Shown here in pieces: positions 46,303-56,967 of a stretch of 64,000 nucleotides of DNA. Location of the stretch: sequence record OR142618.1. One strand, 5' to 3'. Position numbers and translations under genes: made by a program. Under the pieces are notes generated by a model, which was not told where the DNA came from, ran no database searches, and saw only the letters and a list, made by a program, of their open reading frames with translations. How positions within the stretch are numbered: the stretch's first letter is position 1; every line of letters begins with the position of its first letter.

Positions 46303-48130
46303 ATTATGCGAAACAGATCGTATTAATATTATCAAATTACACTTCGATGATTTAAAATCTGTATCTGAATTAAAGAAAATATATGGAGTCTCTTATGATG
46401 TCATTAAAACCATCATAAGAGATGAAACGAATCGTCCGCCGTTGCAAGAAACTGATATAAAAATTTTGAAATTTAAAAAACTTGTTTCAAAGGAGTTGTT
46501 ATTTGAATTACATGTAATTAAAAAACAATCATTTAATGAAATAAGAAAAACTTATAAGATTAATGAACTTCATTTAAAACAAGTGTTTAATGATTACGGA
46601 ATACCAATTGAAAAGTGTTTATATACTGCTACTAACAAGAAGCGTAAAACAAAAAAGCCTGAAGATTTTACTAAAGACTTTTTCGAACACTTAGTATATA
46701 ACGAAAGACGAACAATTAGTTGGATAAAAAATAATTATAACTTTAATTTTGAAGAACTAAAACATCATTTAACACATTTAAAAATCGATTATACTAATTC
46801 GTTGCCACCTGCTGTAAAACATCAACAAGATAAAATATCTAGAGAAACTCTAGCAGAAGAATTAAAAATTAAATCTATTGTTGATATAATAAATGAATAC
46901 GGAATTTCTAGAACTTATGTAGAAAGCGTTATAAAAGAATACAATATACAGTATTTTACAAAACCGAAACATTCTATATTAAGTGGTAAAGAATCAGAAA
47001 TTTATCGGATGTATTATGATGAATGTATGACTACATACCAAATAGCAGAAAAATTGGGAGTATGTCAATACACCATATGGAAAATAATGGCAGATAACGG
47101 ATGGAAAACACGAGAACCGATTAAAAAAATTGATTTGATTTGGAATGATATAAAAGAAGAAGTTGTTAAATTAATAGACAACGGTTATACATTAGCTGCT
47201 TTATGTGAAAAATACGAAATAACATCTATTACTGAAAAGTTAATAGAAGAAGGTATAAAATATACAAAGGGAAATATTTCTTCTGGTCATGCAGAAATAT
47301 CTGAATATGTGCGTTCATTGGGATTTAATGTAATCGACAATGATCGTACTATTATATTTCCGCGAGAAATTGATATTTTTATTCCCGAACTTAACATAGG
47401 AATAGAATACAACGGATTATATTTTCATAGCACACGAACAGAAGGAAATGTAACAAAGCATAGAGAAAAATATAGCATATGTAAACAAAAAGGTATTCGT
47501 TTAATACAAATTTTTGAAGATGAATTTATTCATAAGAAAGAACTAGTAAAGAGAAAATTAGCGCACATTTTAGGAAAATCTAATAATAAATGTTATGCAA
47601 GGAATTGTATAGTTAAAGAAATATCGGTAGCAGACAAACGAAATTTCTTTAAAAAATATCACATACAAGAAGATTCTGCATCCTCGTATGCATATGGATT
47701 ATATTATGATAATGAATTAGTTTGTGCTATGTCTTTTCTTAAAAAGAAGAAATGTACAGAACTAGTTAGATATGCATCTTCTATGCACGTGATCGGCGGA
47801 TTTTCTAAGTTGTTGAAATATTGTATTAATAATAACAAAATAGATGTTATAAACACATATGCTGATCTCAGATGGTCGAATCCGACAAATAATGTATATG
47901 TAAACAATGGGTTTGATATACTGTATGAGACTGATTTTAATTACACTTATGTGAGTAAAGAGGATTTTTCAAAAAGGCTTAATAGGCAAAAATTTATGAA
48001 ACACAAGTTGAAAAACATTTTATCAGATTTCGATAAATCATTAACAGAAGAAGAGAATATGAAAAATAATGGATTTTATCGAGTATACGATGCTGGCCAT
48101 TTAAAATTGCAATATAAGGTTAATAAATGA
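46295..48130 (+). mobile_element. Hef-like homing endonuclease with repeated HTH-like N-terminal units
   Basis: EIDIFIPELNIGIEYNGLYFHS; LIQIFEDE; C-terminus paralogous to the 29923 ORF. Confidence 0.8.
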
Positions 48131-48327
48131 TTACAGATGTTGAAGCAATAAATGAAATTTGGGCTGCCGTGCGACCATATATTAAGTCATCTGAGCGCAT
48201 TCATGCAGCGGATGCGTTTATAGAAGTTTTAGATGAATACGGAATGCTTGATGTAGATATTCAAATGTTTGAAAAAGAACTTAAAATAGCAGCAAAAACA
48301 CATTTAGGTGAAGCAGATGACGACTAA
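48127..48327 (+). CDS. Hypothetical protein
   Basis: 66 aa, ATGA overlap. Confidence 0.65.
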   Translation: MITDVEAINEIWAAVRPYIKSSERIHAADAFIEVLDEYGMLDVDIQMFEKELKIAAKTHLGEADDD

Positions 48328-48643
48328 TTTAGAATTTAGTGACGAATTTCTATCAACTGTATCGTCGTTGAAAGCCAATATAACATCCAAAAATAAAGAT
48401 GCTGTCATAGAACAATTAGACAAATTGTTAGATATGGTAACAAAAGATATGAATGCAGTTATATGGGTAATACAACCTGAAAATATTAATAACCTACATA
48501 TACTATGTTCCGATTCATTTAATATTCCTATTAGTCAATTTAGACTAAAACGAAGAATACCGTCAAAATCTCAACGAGCTCATTTATTTTTAAAAGTAAT
48601 TAGGATTGCACTTGCTGGAAAAGAAAATGAACAATTGGTATAA
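48308..48643 (+). CDS. Hypothetical protein
   Basis: Operonic ORF; start uncertain. Confidence 0.55.
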   Translation: MKQMTTNLEFSDEFLSTVSSLKANITSKNKDAVIEQLDKLLDMVTKDMNAVIWVIQPENINNLHILCSDSFNIPISQFRLKRRIPSKSQRAHLFLKVIRIALAGKENEQLV

Positions 48644-49091
48644 CATTGTCTATGCAGATTTATCTAAGATACCCGATTTCATTTCTTTTTTCGAAAAGGA
48701 AATAGATATTTCTAAGTCTACAGAAATGTCTTTAAAGGGTAAAACGTTAGAGAAACATTGCGCAGAGTTGCCGGGTATAGTAGAGAATAGATTTGCACAG
48801 CTTCAAGAAATTGAAGCTGTACTAGAATTACTTAATATTCAGTATAAACAAGAAAAAAGCGACAGATTCAAATTTTATCTACAGCAGTTTCCTAAAGCAC
48901 TTTCTTCTAGGGATGCAGAGAAATATGCAGAAGGAGATCCACTTGTAGTAAACAGGGCAATATTAGTTAATGAAGTTGCATTGCTAAGAAACAAATATCT
49001 TTCGCTAATGAAGGGTTTAGATTCTAAGAATTGGATGGTAGGCCACATAGTTAAACTTCGTTGTGCAGGACTAGACGACGCACAAATTTAA
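48627..49091 (+). CDS. uvsY: UvsY-like recombination mediator
   Basis: Helical; KALSSRDAEKYAEGD...LMKGLDSKNW; lies between UvsX and UvsW. Confidence 0.75.
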   Translation: MNNWYNIVYADLSKIPDFISFFEKEIDISKSTEMSLKGKTLEKHCAELPGIVENRFAQLQEIEAVLELLNIQYKQEKSDRFKFYLQQFPKALSSRDAEKYAEGDPLVVNRAILVNEVALLRNKYLSLMKGLDSKNWMVGHIVKLRCAGLDDAQI

Positions 49092-49103
49092 ATAGGATTC
49101 GTA

Positions 49104-50555
49104 ATGGCAAAGGATTGCAAATTAGTAATAAAAGATGAAGTAAATATTGCATTTACTGGACTTGATATAAACACTCGTAGAAAACTATCTGATTCGTTAA
49201 AATTCTTTTTACCTCATGCAAGACACCAACCTGCATACAAGTTAGGTAGATGGGATGGATGTATTAGATATTGTGATATAGCCGGACGTTCGTATCTTAA
49301 TTTTTTAGATATACTTATTCCTATTGTAGAAAATAGTGGTTATTATATAACCATAGAAGATAATAGACAACCGTTTTCGTGTAATTTTGAACCAATAGAT
49401 GCTAACTCATATTCTCATATTACTTGGCCTGTAGGACATCAATATGAAGGGCAGAATATTGTTCTACGGGATTATCAAGTAGAGGCAGTGAATAATTACT
49501 TAGCTAATACACAGAGTATAGCAACATTGCCTACTGGTTTTGGAAAAACATTAGTTACTGCTGCATTAGCACATAAAGTAGAAAAGTATGGAAGAACAAT
49601 AACAATTGTTCCATCCAAAGACTTAGTTACCCAAACGGAACGGGATTTTAAAAACTTCGGATTAGATACTGGCGTTTATTTCGGAGATAGAAAAGAATTA
49701 GGCAAAACCCACACTATAGTTACCTGGCAAAGTATTGAAGCTATTTATAAACAAAGTAAAGCAGACGAAAATGCATTGACATTAGAAGAATTCATTGAAG
49801 GGGTAGTAGCAGTAGTAGTCGATGAAGCACATACCATTAAGGGTCAATCATTAAAAGAACATTTAACTTCTACATTTGCTAATGTTCCTATTCGATGGGC
49901 TATGACAGGAACCATACCGGAAGAGGAACATGCCGCCGCCGCCCTCATTGCATGCATAGGTCCTGTTACAAAAACTGTGAAAGCAAAAGAATTGCAAGAA
50001 GCAGGAATACTTAGTGAGTTGCATATAGAAGTCCTACAATTAAACGATTATCATACTTCACATCCGAACTATGCAGCCGAATTAAAATTTCTTACTACAG
50101 ACCCTACTCGTTTAAAATGGCTAGCCGAACATATAAAATCTCAAGAAGGTAATACGTTAGTGTTAGTTGATAGGCTGTCAAGCGGAGAAGAACTTCTTAA
50201 GCATATACCAGATGCTGCTTTTGTTAAAGGTGATTTAAAAAGTAAAGACAGAAGAACTGAATATAAATCAGTTACATCAGATACAGATAAAATTATTATA
50301 GCAACCTTTGGGGTTGCATCTACTGGTATTGATATACCATACATACATAATGTATATTTATTAGAACCGGGGAAGTCTTTTATTAGGGTAATTCAGTCTA
50401 TCGGTCGCGGTCTACGCAAGGCACCTGGAAAAGACTATGTATCTGTATTTGATATTACTTCTGTTGCAAAATATTCTGCAAGGCATTTAACTAAAAGGAA
50501 AAAATTCTATAAAGAAGCAGAATATCCATTTTCTGTGAAAAAAATAGATTATTGA
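49104..50555 (+). CDS. uvsW: UvsW-like SF2 DNA helicase
   Basis: LRDYQ; LPTGFGKT; VDEAH; AMTGT; STGIDIP; QSIGRGLR. Confidence 0.93.
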   Translation: MAKDCKLVIKDEVNIAFTGLDINTRRKLSDSLKFFLPHARHQPAYKLGRWDGCIRYCDIAGRSYLNFLDILIPIVENSGYYITIEDNRQPFSCNFEPIDANSYSHITWPVGHQYEGQNIVLRDYQVEAVNNYLANTQSIATLPTGFGKTLVTAALAHKVEKYGRTITIVPSKDLVTQTERDFKNFGLDTGVYFGDRKELGKTHTIVTWQSIEAIYKQSKADENALTLEEFIEGVVAVVVDEAHTIKGQSLKEHLTSTFANVPIRWAMTGTIPEEEHAAAALIACIGPVTKTVKAKELQEAGILSELHIEVLQLNDYHTSHPNYAAELKFLTTDPTRLKWLAEHIKSQEGNTLVLVDRLSSGEELLKHIPDAAFVKGDLKSKDRRTEYKSVTSDTDKIIIATFGVASTGIDIPYIHNVYLLEPGKSFIRVIQSIGRGLRKAPGKDYVSVFDITSVAKYSARHLTKRKKFYKEAEYPFSVKKIDY

Positions 50556-50556
50556 T

Positions 50557-50808
50557 ATGAATTTTTATCAAGACGGAATTTATATAAAATTAGATGCAGA
50601 TTTAAATGAACAATCGAACTTATTTAAATTAAAATCAGAATTATATGTACATTCGTATCCTACCCCTGATTTTTATAGATATATAAAAAATGGTAAAACC
50701 ATGTTAGGGGTAGTATATGTCGGTTCATTAGAAACTGTATTTCTTAATATTATTAGCGGAGACTTTGACAAAGAAAAATTTTGTGCTATAATAGAAAAAT
50801 ACAAATAA
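50557..50808 (+). CDS. Hypothetical protein
   Basis: Operonic 83-aa ORF. Confidence 0.55.
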   Translation: MNFYQDGIYIKLDADLNEQSNLFKLKSELYVHSYPTPDFYRYIKNGKTMLGVVYVGSLETVFLNIISGDFDKEKFCAIIEKYK

Positions 50809-50818
50809 AGGTGTAATT

Positions 50819-51322
50819 TTGAAAATTTTATTAACCGAAAATGAATCATACGAATTAGATAGAGTCCCGGACGACATAGAGGATATACGGTATTGTATAT
50901 TAGATTGTAATGATAAATCTAATGTAGATTTTTACTTTTTGCCTCTTATATTTTTAGAAAGTTTTTATTCTCCCGCAGTTGTACTCAAGATAGGAAAGTA
51001 CAGTATACAAATGCCCTTAGATTGGTCTATACTAGTATGCGACGAAGAATATTCTGATTTGGAAGTAGTACCACTTACTAGTCTAAATGACAGGGGGTTT
51101 CATACAATAGTATTTAATCCACTAAAACACATGGTGCCTGTTCCTTCTGAAATAACAATAACTAGTGTATTTACTGAAGTAAAGTGGTATTTCCCTAAAT
51201 TAAAAAGTGGTGCTGTCCTAGTTATTCCTTTAGAAGACGGACCTAATCCGAATTGTGCATTGTTTGTAAAAGAAGGGAATAAAATTCCTGATCCTATAGA
51301 TATCGCAGAGTTATTTAAATAA
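50819..51322 (+). CDS. Hypothetical beta-rich protein
   Basis: AAGG RBS, TTG start; coupled to the next gene. Confidence 0.6.
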   Translation: MKILLTENESYELDRVPDDIEDIRYCILDCNDKSNVDFYFLPLIFLESFYSPAVVLKIGKYSIQMPLDWSILVCDEEYSDLEVVPLTSLNDRGFHTIVFNPLKHMVPVPSEITITSVFTEVKWYFPKLKSGAVLVIPLEDGPNPNCALFVKEGNKIPDPIDIAELFK

Positions 51323-51789
51323 TGGCAGAAGAAAGCATTTTACCGCTTTGGATGGAATTGCAAGCATTAGATTATAATGATAGAGATTTTTATGACAAGT
51401 TAACCGATGAACAGAAGAAAGTATTTTCATCGTGGATTATAATGAGATATTCTAGTAATATAATCGGTGATAATGCAGATTGGGGTCTTATAATGACCAA
51501 TGATATTGTAAATGTGGATTTTTCATTAATGTACAAGCATCCTAAATTGCAATGGATGCTATTGTCGTTGTGTGGAACTGGAAGAAAAGAACAACGTAAA
51601 TGGATTGCTCCAAATAAAAAGAAAAAAAAGAATCCGAGGAAAGAATTTATTTTTAAAATTCATCCAAACGCAAAAGATGATGAAATCGATATGCTTGCAG
51701 ATTTGTACACTGATGCAGAATTAAAGGATATTATGTTATCCTACGGTTATGAAGATAAAGAAATAAAAGATATTTTAAAGAAGAAATAA
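51322..51789 (+). CDS. Putative clamp-loader small subunit (gp62-like)
   Basis: FSSWIIMRYSS...N...HPKLQW.LL...RKWI pattern; replication context. Confidence 0.55.
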   Translation: MAEESILPLWMELQALDYNDRDFYDKLTDEQKKVFSSWIIMRYSSNIIGDNADWGLIMTNDIVNVDFSLMYKHPKLQWMLLSLCGTGRKEQRKWIAPNKKKKKNPRKEFIFKIHPNAKDDEIDMLADLYTDAELKDIMLSYGYEDKEIKDILKKK

Positions 51790-51802
51790 TTCTAGTAAGT
51801 AT

Positions 51803-52510
51803 ATGCAAGCATCTAAGAAAAATAAAAAGGCAACATCGATGGCAAAGTGCGAGTTTTGTAGTAAAGAATTTAAGTCAGAACGAACAATAGCTGCTCATTT
51901 GTGTGTTAAAAAGAAGAGGTTTGCAGAAAAAGACACAGTCGGGTCTAGACTGGGATTTAGGGTATTTCAGCGATTCTACGAACTAACTACTTCTTCTAAA
52001 ACACCTAAATCTTTTAGAGAATTTATTGATAGTAAATTTTATATAGATTTTGTTAAATTTGGAAGACACCTAATAGATATTAATCCTATTAACACAGATG
52101 AATACATAGATTTCATAATAAAGAACGCTATACCGCTGTCTGATTGGAAAAAAGACTATGTATATGTAAGATATCTTAAAGAATATACTCAGAAAGAACC
52201 TGCACAAAAAGCACTAGAACGAACTATAATCGAGATGGGCACTTGGTGTACTGAAAATAATGTAGATATTGTAGATTTTTTTGAAAAAGTTAATACAGTA
52301 GAGGCAGTATATCTTATTAAATCAGGAAAGCTTAGTCCGTGGGTGTTATATCTGGCATCTTCTTCTGATAAATTGTGGGTTAGAATAAATGAAGAACAAG
52401 AAAAATTTATTCAAACTGCTGTAGATTTTGACTGGTGGCAAAAGAAATTTATTGCAAATAAGGATGATGTTGACTTTATAGTGTCTGTATTGACAGAGGC
52501 TAAGTTGTAA
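51803..52510 (+). CDS. Zinc-finger hypothetical protein
   Basis: CEFCSKEFKSERTIAAHLC at the N-terminus. Confidence 0.65.
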   Translation: MQASKKNKKATSMAKCEFCSKEFKSERTIAAHLCVKKKRFAEKDTVGSRLGFRVFQRFYELTTSSKTPKSFREFIDSKFYIDFVKFGRHLIDINPINTDEYIDFIIKNAIPLSDWKKDYVYVRYLKEYTQKEPAQKALERTIIEMGTWCTENNVDIVDFFEKVNTVEAVYLIKSGKLSPWVLYLASSSDKLWVRINEEQEKFIQTAVDFDWWQKKFIANKDDVDFIVSVLTEAKL

Positions 52511-52511
52511 T

Positions 52512-53114
52512 ATGGCAAAAGTAGTTACTGATGTTGATATTGACGTAGCAGATAGGTTAACAGTTTTGTCTGGACTACAACATATATCTGCTAAATTAGA
52601 CGGAGTAGGAAAGAAACATTTATCTGGTGTATATTTTCAACCCATTCCGTTTGATCCGGAACAAAACATGAGCAACATAGATTATAAAGTTGCAGAAGAA
52701 TTAGGCTACATGAAGATTGATCTTCTTAACGTGAGTATATACGAACAAGTTAGATCAGAGGAACATCTAAAGAAATTAATAGATAAAGAACCCAACTGGT
52801 CTTATTTTGAACATAAACAGATAGTTCAAAATTTATTTCATTTAGGAAATTATGCTGATCTAGCAGTAGGAATGAAACCGAAAAGTGTAGAACAGTTAGC
52901 AATGTTACTGGCTGTTATACGTCCGAGTAAGTATCATTTACAATATAAACCTTGGGATATTATTGCCAAAACTGTGTGGGATAAGCCCAGCGACGGGTCA
53001 TATCATTTTAAAAAAGCACATGCCATTAGTTATGCACTTGCAATTGTTGTTCAGTTGAATTTATTAGAAGAAGAAGCAGAACAAGAACCCGATCCATTTA
53101 AGTTATTTTCCTGA
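52512..53114 (+). CDS. Minimal DNA polymerase III alpha (DnaE)-like catalytic core (200 aa)
   Basis: DVDIDVADR, KHLSGV, KIDLLNV, LAVIRPS and YHFKKAHAISYA are collinear with DnaE palm motifs. Confidence 0.8.
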   Translation: MAKVVTDVDIDVADRLTVLSGLQHISAKLDGVGKKHLSGVYFQPIPFDPEQNMSNIDYKVAEELGYMKIDLLNVSIYEQVRSEEHLKKLIDKEPNWSYFEHKQIVQNLFHLGNYADLAVGMKPKSVEQLAMLLAVIRPSKYHLQYKPWDIIAKTVWDKPSDGSYHFKKAHAISYALAIVVQLNLLEEEAEQEPDPFKLFS

Positions 53115-53496
53115 TTAAAGATACTTGTCGTCTTTTTATTCTCTTTTTGAGCATATTGTTAAGAGAAGTACATGGTCCGAAAACTATTTTTATATCTTTG
53201 TTTACTAGGGTTTTTAGGCAATATCTAAATTCTGCCATTTCGTTTGGCATGAATATATTTATTGGTAATATCCTAGAAGATTCCCACCACCAACAGTCAC
53301 CGCATTGAAGAAATATATCTTTGTGTTGACTGTTTTTTAATGATTTAAAATCATAAAAACTTATATATTTGTCATCCGAATTTTGAATAATTCCTATATA
53401 GAAATTTTCTAAGTGTTGTATGCCACTCAAAAATGGAAATTTTTCAGATAATTCTGCTAACTCTTGATCTATTGTATTATTATTTGTGTTGTCCAT
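53098..53496 (-). CDS. Hypothetical protein
   Basis: GAGAG RBS; WWWESSRILPINIF motif. Confidence 0.7.
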   Translation of the reverse strand: MDNTNNNTIDQELAELSEKFPFLSGIQHLENFYIGIIQNSDDKYISFYDFKSLKNSQHKDIFLQCGDCWWWESSRILPINIFMPNEMAEFRYCLKTLVNKDIKIVFGPCTSLNNMLKKRIKRRQVSLIRKIT

Positions 53497-53558
53497 GATT
53501 TTCTTCTCTCTTTATTATTTATTCCTTTAACACTAACCGTTTTAATATAAATACGTGT

Positions 53559-54428
53559 ATGACATTCCATACATTATATAAATATGATAATTTTGTAGAA
53601 CTGTTATATGATAACGGTATACTTTCTTGCAATTGTAAATTATTGGATAATAGACCTATGCATTCACAAACAATAAAACTATACAAAGGTGTAGATAATC
53701 AAGTAAAATTTAGGGTTTATAATCCTGATAGACGATTAGTAAATATTCATGGACTTTCTGTGTTTGCTAGTTTAATTAATACAGAAAATAAAGAACGAGT
53801 GCTAGTAAAACAGTGTGATATATATGAGCAGTCTCCTGGCATTTTTGTATTGTCTATATTAGAAGGAGATCTAATAAATGTGCCTAATGGATATTACACT
53901 TTAAGTATAATAGGACAAGAAGAATTTATTCCCGGCATATCTAATATAGATGGACTCCCTGTAATTAGTACGCCGTTTTATACAAATACATCATCTGATA
54001 TACAACTGTATGCAGAAGTTAGAGATAGCTTAGAAAAGGCGCCCATAGACACTATAGTTGCTACTGAATGGCGAAAAGTAATAAACACTGATTATACTTT
54101 TAATTATTACAATGCAGGTCCATTTCCATCTAATAGAGTAAAAAATTATAGATCAGGTGTGCATACTATTGCAATATATGCAGAAAATTTCACAGGTAAA
54201 TTTGAAGTATATGGTACATTAGACCAAATTCCTTCGCTAGAAGATGAATTTAGTTCTTGGTTTCCGATTAATTTAAGATCTATGTTTGATTATATTCAAT
54301 TTAATAATTTCACCGGAATAATGCCATATACTTTTCAAGCAAATGTTCTTTGGTTAAAATTCCGTTGGTATCCGGATTCGACAATCCCAAACAATGGAGA
54401 AATTTCTAAAGTAATGTTAAGAAGTTAA
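53559..54428 (+). CDS. Putative virion structural protein
   Basis: TATAAATA at 53546-53553; beta-rich sequence. Confidence 0.55.
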   Translation: MTFHTLYKYDNFVELLYDNGILSCNCKLLDNRPMHSQTIKLYKGVDNQVKFRVYNPDRRLVNIHGLSVFASLINTENKERVLVKQCDIYEQSPGIFVLSILEGDLINVPNGYYTLSIIGQEEFIPGISNIDGLPVISTPFYTNTSSDIQLYAEVRDSLEKAPIDTIVATEWRKVINTDYTFNYYNAGPFPSNRVKNYRSGVHTIAIYAENFTGKFEVYGTLDQIPSLEDEFSSWFPINLRSMFDYIQFNNFTGIMPYTFQANVLWLKFRWYPDSTIPNNGEISKVMLRS

Positions 54429-54457
54429 TTGACAACGAAAAACGTGCATGCTATAAT
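54429..54457 (+). promoter_or_regulatory. Consensus extended sigma70 promoter directly before primase
   Basis: TTGACA-N17-TATAAT with TGn. Confidence 0.9.
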
Positions 54458-54463
54458 GTGCGC

Positions 54464-55486
54464 GTGATTAGCGAACTTTTAAAACAAGAAATAACTTCTA
54501 GACTTCCGTATTTAAAGCCAGGAAACAAAGGATGGTTAGTTTGTAATTGTCCTTTGTGTGTCGCTATGGGTACAACTGCTGATAAGCGAAAACGGTTCGG
54601 TGTTATGTTTGAATCGGATGGAACAATAGGGGTCCATTGCTTTAACTGTACATTTGTAACAAAATGGACTCCGGGGGCTCTGATAGGAGAGAAAATAGAG
54701 TTCCTTCTACGACATATAGGTACATCCGATGATGATATTCGTAAACTTAAATTCCAGGCATTTAGAGAGAAAGAAGCAGGAGACATATTTAAAACTCCCG
54801 AACTAGAATTAAGTATTAAAACTAATTGGACTACTACTAGTCTTCCTAAAAATTCTAAACCTATATTAGAATGGTTAGAAATATCTCCTAATGATCCCAA
54901 TCTTCTTAAATGTGCAATGTATGCCTTATCTAGAGGATTTCCGGATATGTCTAATATATACTGGTCACCCTCTCAGAAATTTTTATGGAATAAACGAATA
55001 ATACTTCCGTTCACATATAATGGAAAAGTTGTAGGATATTGCGGAAGATATTTTGAAGAACAACCAAATGAATTAGAAATAAGAAGATATGAAAATAGAT
55101 TCCCCGAACATTTTGTGTATGGGTTAGATTCCCAAAGATCCTACAATAGAAAATATGTTATACTAACGGAAGGAGTAATAGATGCTATAATGGTAGATGG
55201 AGTATCTACCATGGGTTCTGTAAGTAAACATCAAGCAAATATAATAAACTCGCTAGGCAAAGAAATAATAGTATTGCCTGATTTTGATAGTAACGGCAGT
55301 CATTTAGTAGATTCTGCTTTAGAATATAACTGGTATGTATCATTTCCTAATTGGGATAATAATATAAAAGATGCTAGTGAAGCATCCCAAAAATATGGAA
55401 GATTACTTACAGTTCAGAGTATTATATACGGTATCGAACGGAATTCTACTGCCATACGAATTAAAAGAAAAATAAAAGGAATATAG
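54464..55486 (+). CDS. DNA primase (gp61/DnaG-like); likely leaderless GTG start
   Basis: Zn finger CPLC...HCFNC; TOPRIM LTEGVIDA and LPDFD..G; KDASEA. Confidence 0.9.
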   Translation: MISELLKQEITSRLPYLKPGNKGWLVCNCPLCVAMGTTADKRKRFGVMFESDGTIGVHCFNCTFVTKWTPGALIGEKIEFLLRHIGTSDDDIRKLKFQAFREKEAGDIFKTPELELSIKTNWTTTSLPKNSKPILEWLEISPNDPNLLKCAMYALSRGFPDMSNIYWSPSQKFLWNKRIILPFTYNGKVVGYCGRYFEEQPNELEIRRYENRFPEHFVYGLDSQRSYNRKYVILTEGVIDAIMVDGVSTMGSVSKHQANIINSLGKEIIVLPDFDSNGSHLVDSALEYNWYVSFPNWDNNIKDASEASQKYGRLLTVQSIIYGIERNSTAIRIKRKIKGI

Positions 55487-55487
55487 T

Positions 55488-56927
55488 GTGAAACAAAACA
55501 AAGACGTAGTAAAGGATTATAATACTGGCGTAGAAGATTTGTTTATAAAATTTTTCTTAACTGACCCAGAATTGTTTATTAGATGCCGATCTATAATACA
55601 ACGAGACCACTATTCGGATAAGATTAACCAAAAAGTTATAGATTTTCTAAATGAACATGCAGATAAACATAGTACTCTTCCTACTGTAGAACAAGTATCT
55701 GCCATAACAGGAAAATCATTTGAGTTATTAGATAACATACATGATAGCCACAAAAATTGGTTTTTAGAAGAATACGAAACATTTGCTAGGCATAAACAAC
55801 TAGAGAATGTGATATTAGAGTCTCCTGATTTATTAGTTACCGGTCGGTACGGAGAAGTTGAACAAAAAGTTAAGAATGCAGTTTCTATTGCATTAGTTAA
55901 AGATTTAGGTACTGATTATTTTGGAGATCCACTGTCTAGACTTAATGCCATTAAAGACAGAAAATCGTTAGTGTCAACTGGCATGAAAGATTTAGATGCA
56001 AAACTGTACGGTGGTTTTGAGCGCGGCGCTCTAAATATTTTTGCAGGACAATCGGGCGCTGGCAAATCTATATTCCTACAAAATATAGGGTTAAATTGGG
56101 CTATAGCAGGACTTAACGTAGTTTACCTTAGTTTAGAATTGAGCGAAAACTTATGTTCTATGCGCATAGATTCTATGAACACAGGTATTGATACAAAAGA
56201 AGTTTTACGCAGGGTAGATGACGTAGCTATAAAAGTTATTGAATCTAAAAAGAAAACTAAGGGCTCCCTTCGAATTAAGCAATTACCCAATGGTTGTACA
56301 GCCAACGATATACGTTCTTATATAAAAGAATACGAAATTCAAACAGGATTAAAAGTAGATGCAATAATGTTAGACTATTTGGATTTGTGTATGCCTATAA
56401 GTAAAAAGGTAAGTCCATCAGATCTGTTTGTTAAAGACAAATACGTTTCTGAAGAATTAAGGAACTTAGCAGTTGAGCTTCAAATTCTATTAGTCACTGC
56501 ATCGCAGTTAAACAGAAATTCACACGAATCTGTAGATTTTGGACATGAACACATTTCTGGGGGTATTTCTAAGATTAATACTGCCGATAATGTAATAGCT
56601 ATTTTTACAACGCAAGCTATGAGAGAAAATGGAAGATATCAAATTCAATTTCTTAAAACACGTTCGTCGTCGGGCGTCGGGCAGAAAGTAGATCTTGCGT
56701 TTGATCAAAGAACACTAAGATTATCTGATTTAGATCCAGAACAAGCTAGCGCATTATCCGAGAATACAAGGAGTGTTATTGATAAACTCCGCGCAGATAG
56801 GTCATTAGACACACCTAATAATAAAGATACTCATGTACAAAAGACACCTGTTATTGAACAAAAACCGGCAGAATCTATGGTAGAAAAAAGTGCCCGGCTT
56901 CGTAATCTACTTAGCGGCAACAGATAA
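55488..56927 (+). CDS. Replicative DNA helicase (gp41/DnaB-like)
   Basis: AGQSGAGKS; SLELSE; MLDYLDL; TASQLNR; ISGGISKINTAD; KTRSS. Confidence 0.95.
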   Translation: MKQNKDVVKDYNTGVEDLFIKFFLTDPELFIRCRSIIQRDHYSDKINQKVIDFLNEHADKHSTLPTVEQVSAITGKSFELLDNIHDSHKNWFLEEYETFARHKQLENVILESPDLLVTGRYGEVEQKVKNAVSIALVKDLGTDYFGDPLSRLNAIKDRKSLVSTGMKDLDAKLYGGFERGALNIFAGQSGAGKSIFLQNIGLNWAIAGLNVVYLSLELSENLCSMRIDSMNTGIDTKEVLRRVDDVAIKVIESKKKTKGSLRIKQLPNGCTANDIRSYIKEYEIQTGLKVDAIMLDYLDLCMPISKKVSPSDLFVKDKYVSEELRNLAVELQILLVTASQLNRNSHESVDFGHEHISGGISKINTADNVIAIFTTQAMRENGRYQIQFLKTRSSSGVGQKVDLAFDQRTLRLSDLDPEQASALSENTRSVIDKLRADRSLDTPNNKDTHVQKTPVIEQKPAESMVEKSARLRNLLSGNR

Positions 56928-56938
56928 TAGTAATAGTA

Positions 56939-56946
56939 GATAAATA
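56939..56946 (+). promoter_or_regulatory. Putative late promoter GATAAATA
   Basis: Upstream of the 56968 operon. Confidence 0.55.
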
Positions 56947-56967
56947 TAACGAATAGGGGATACTGAT

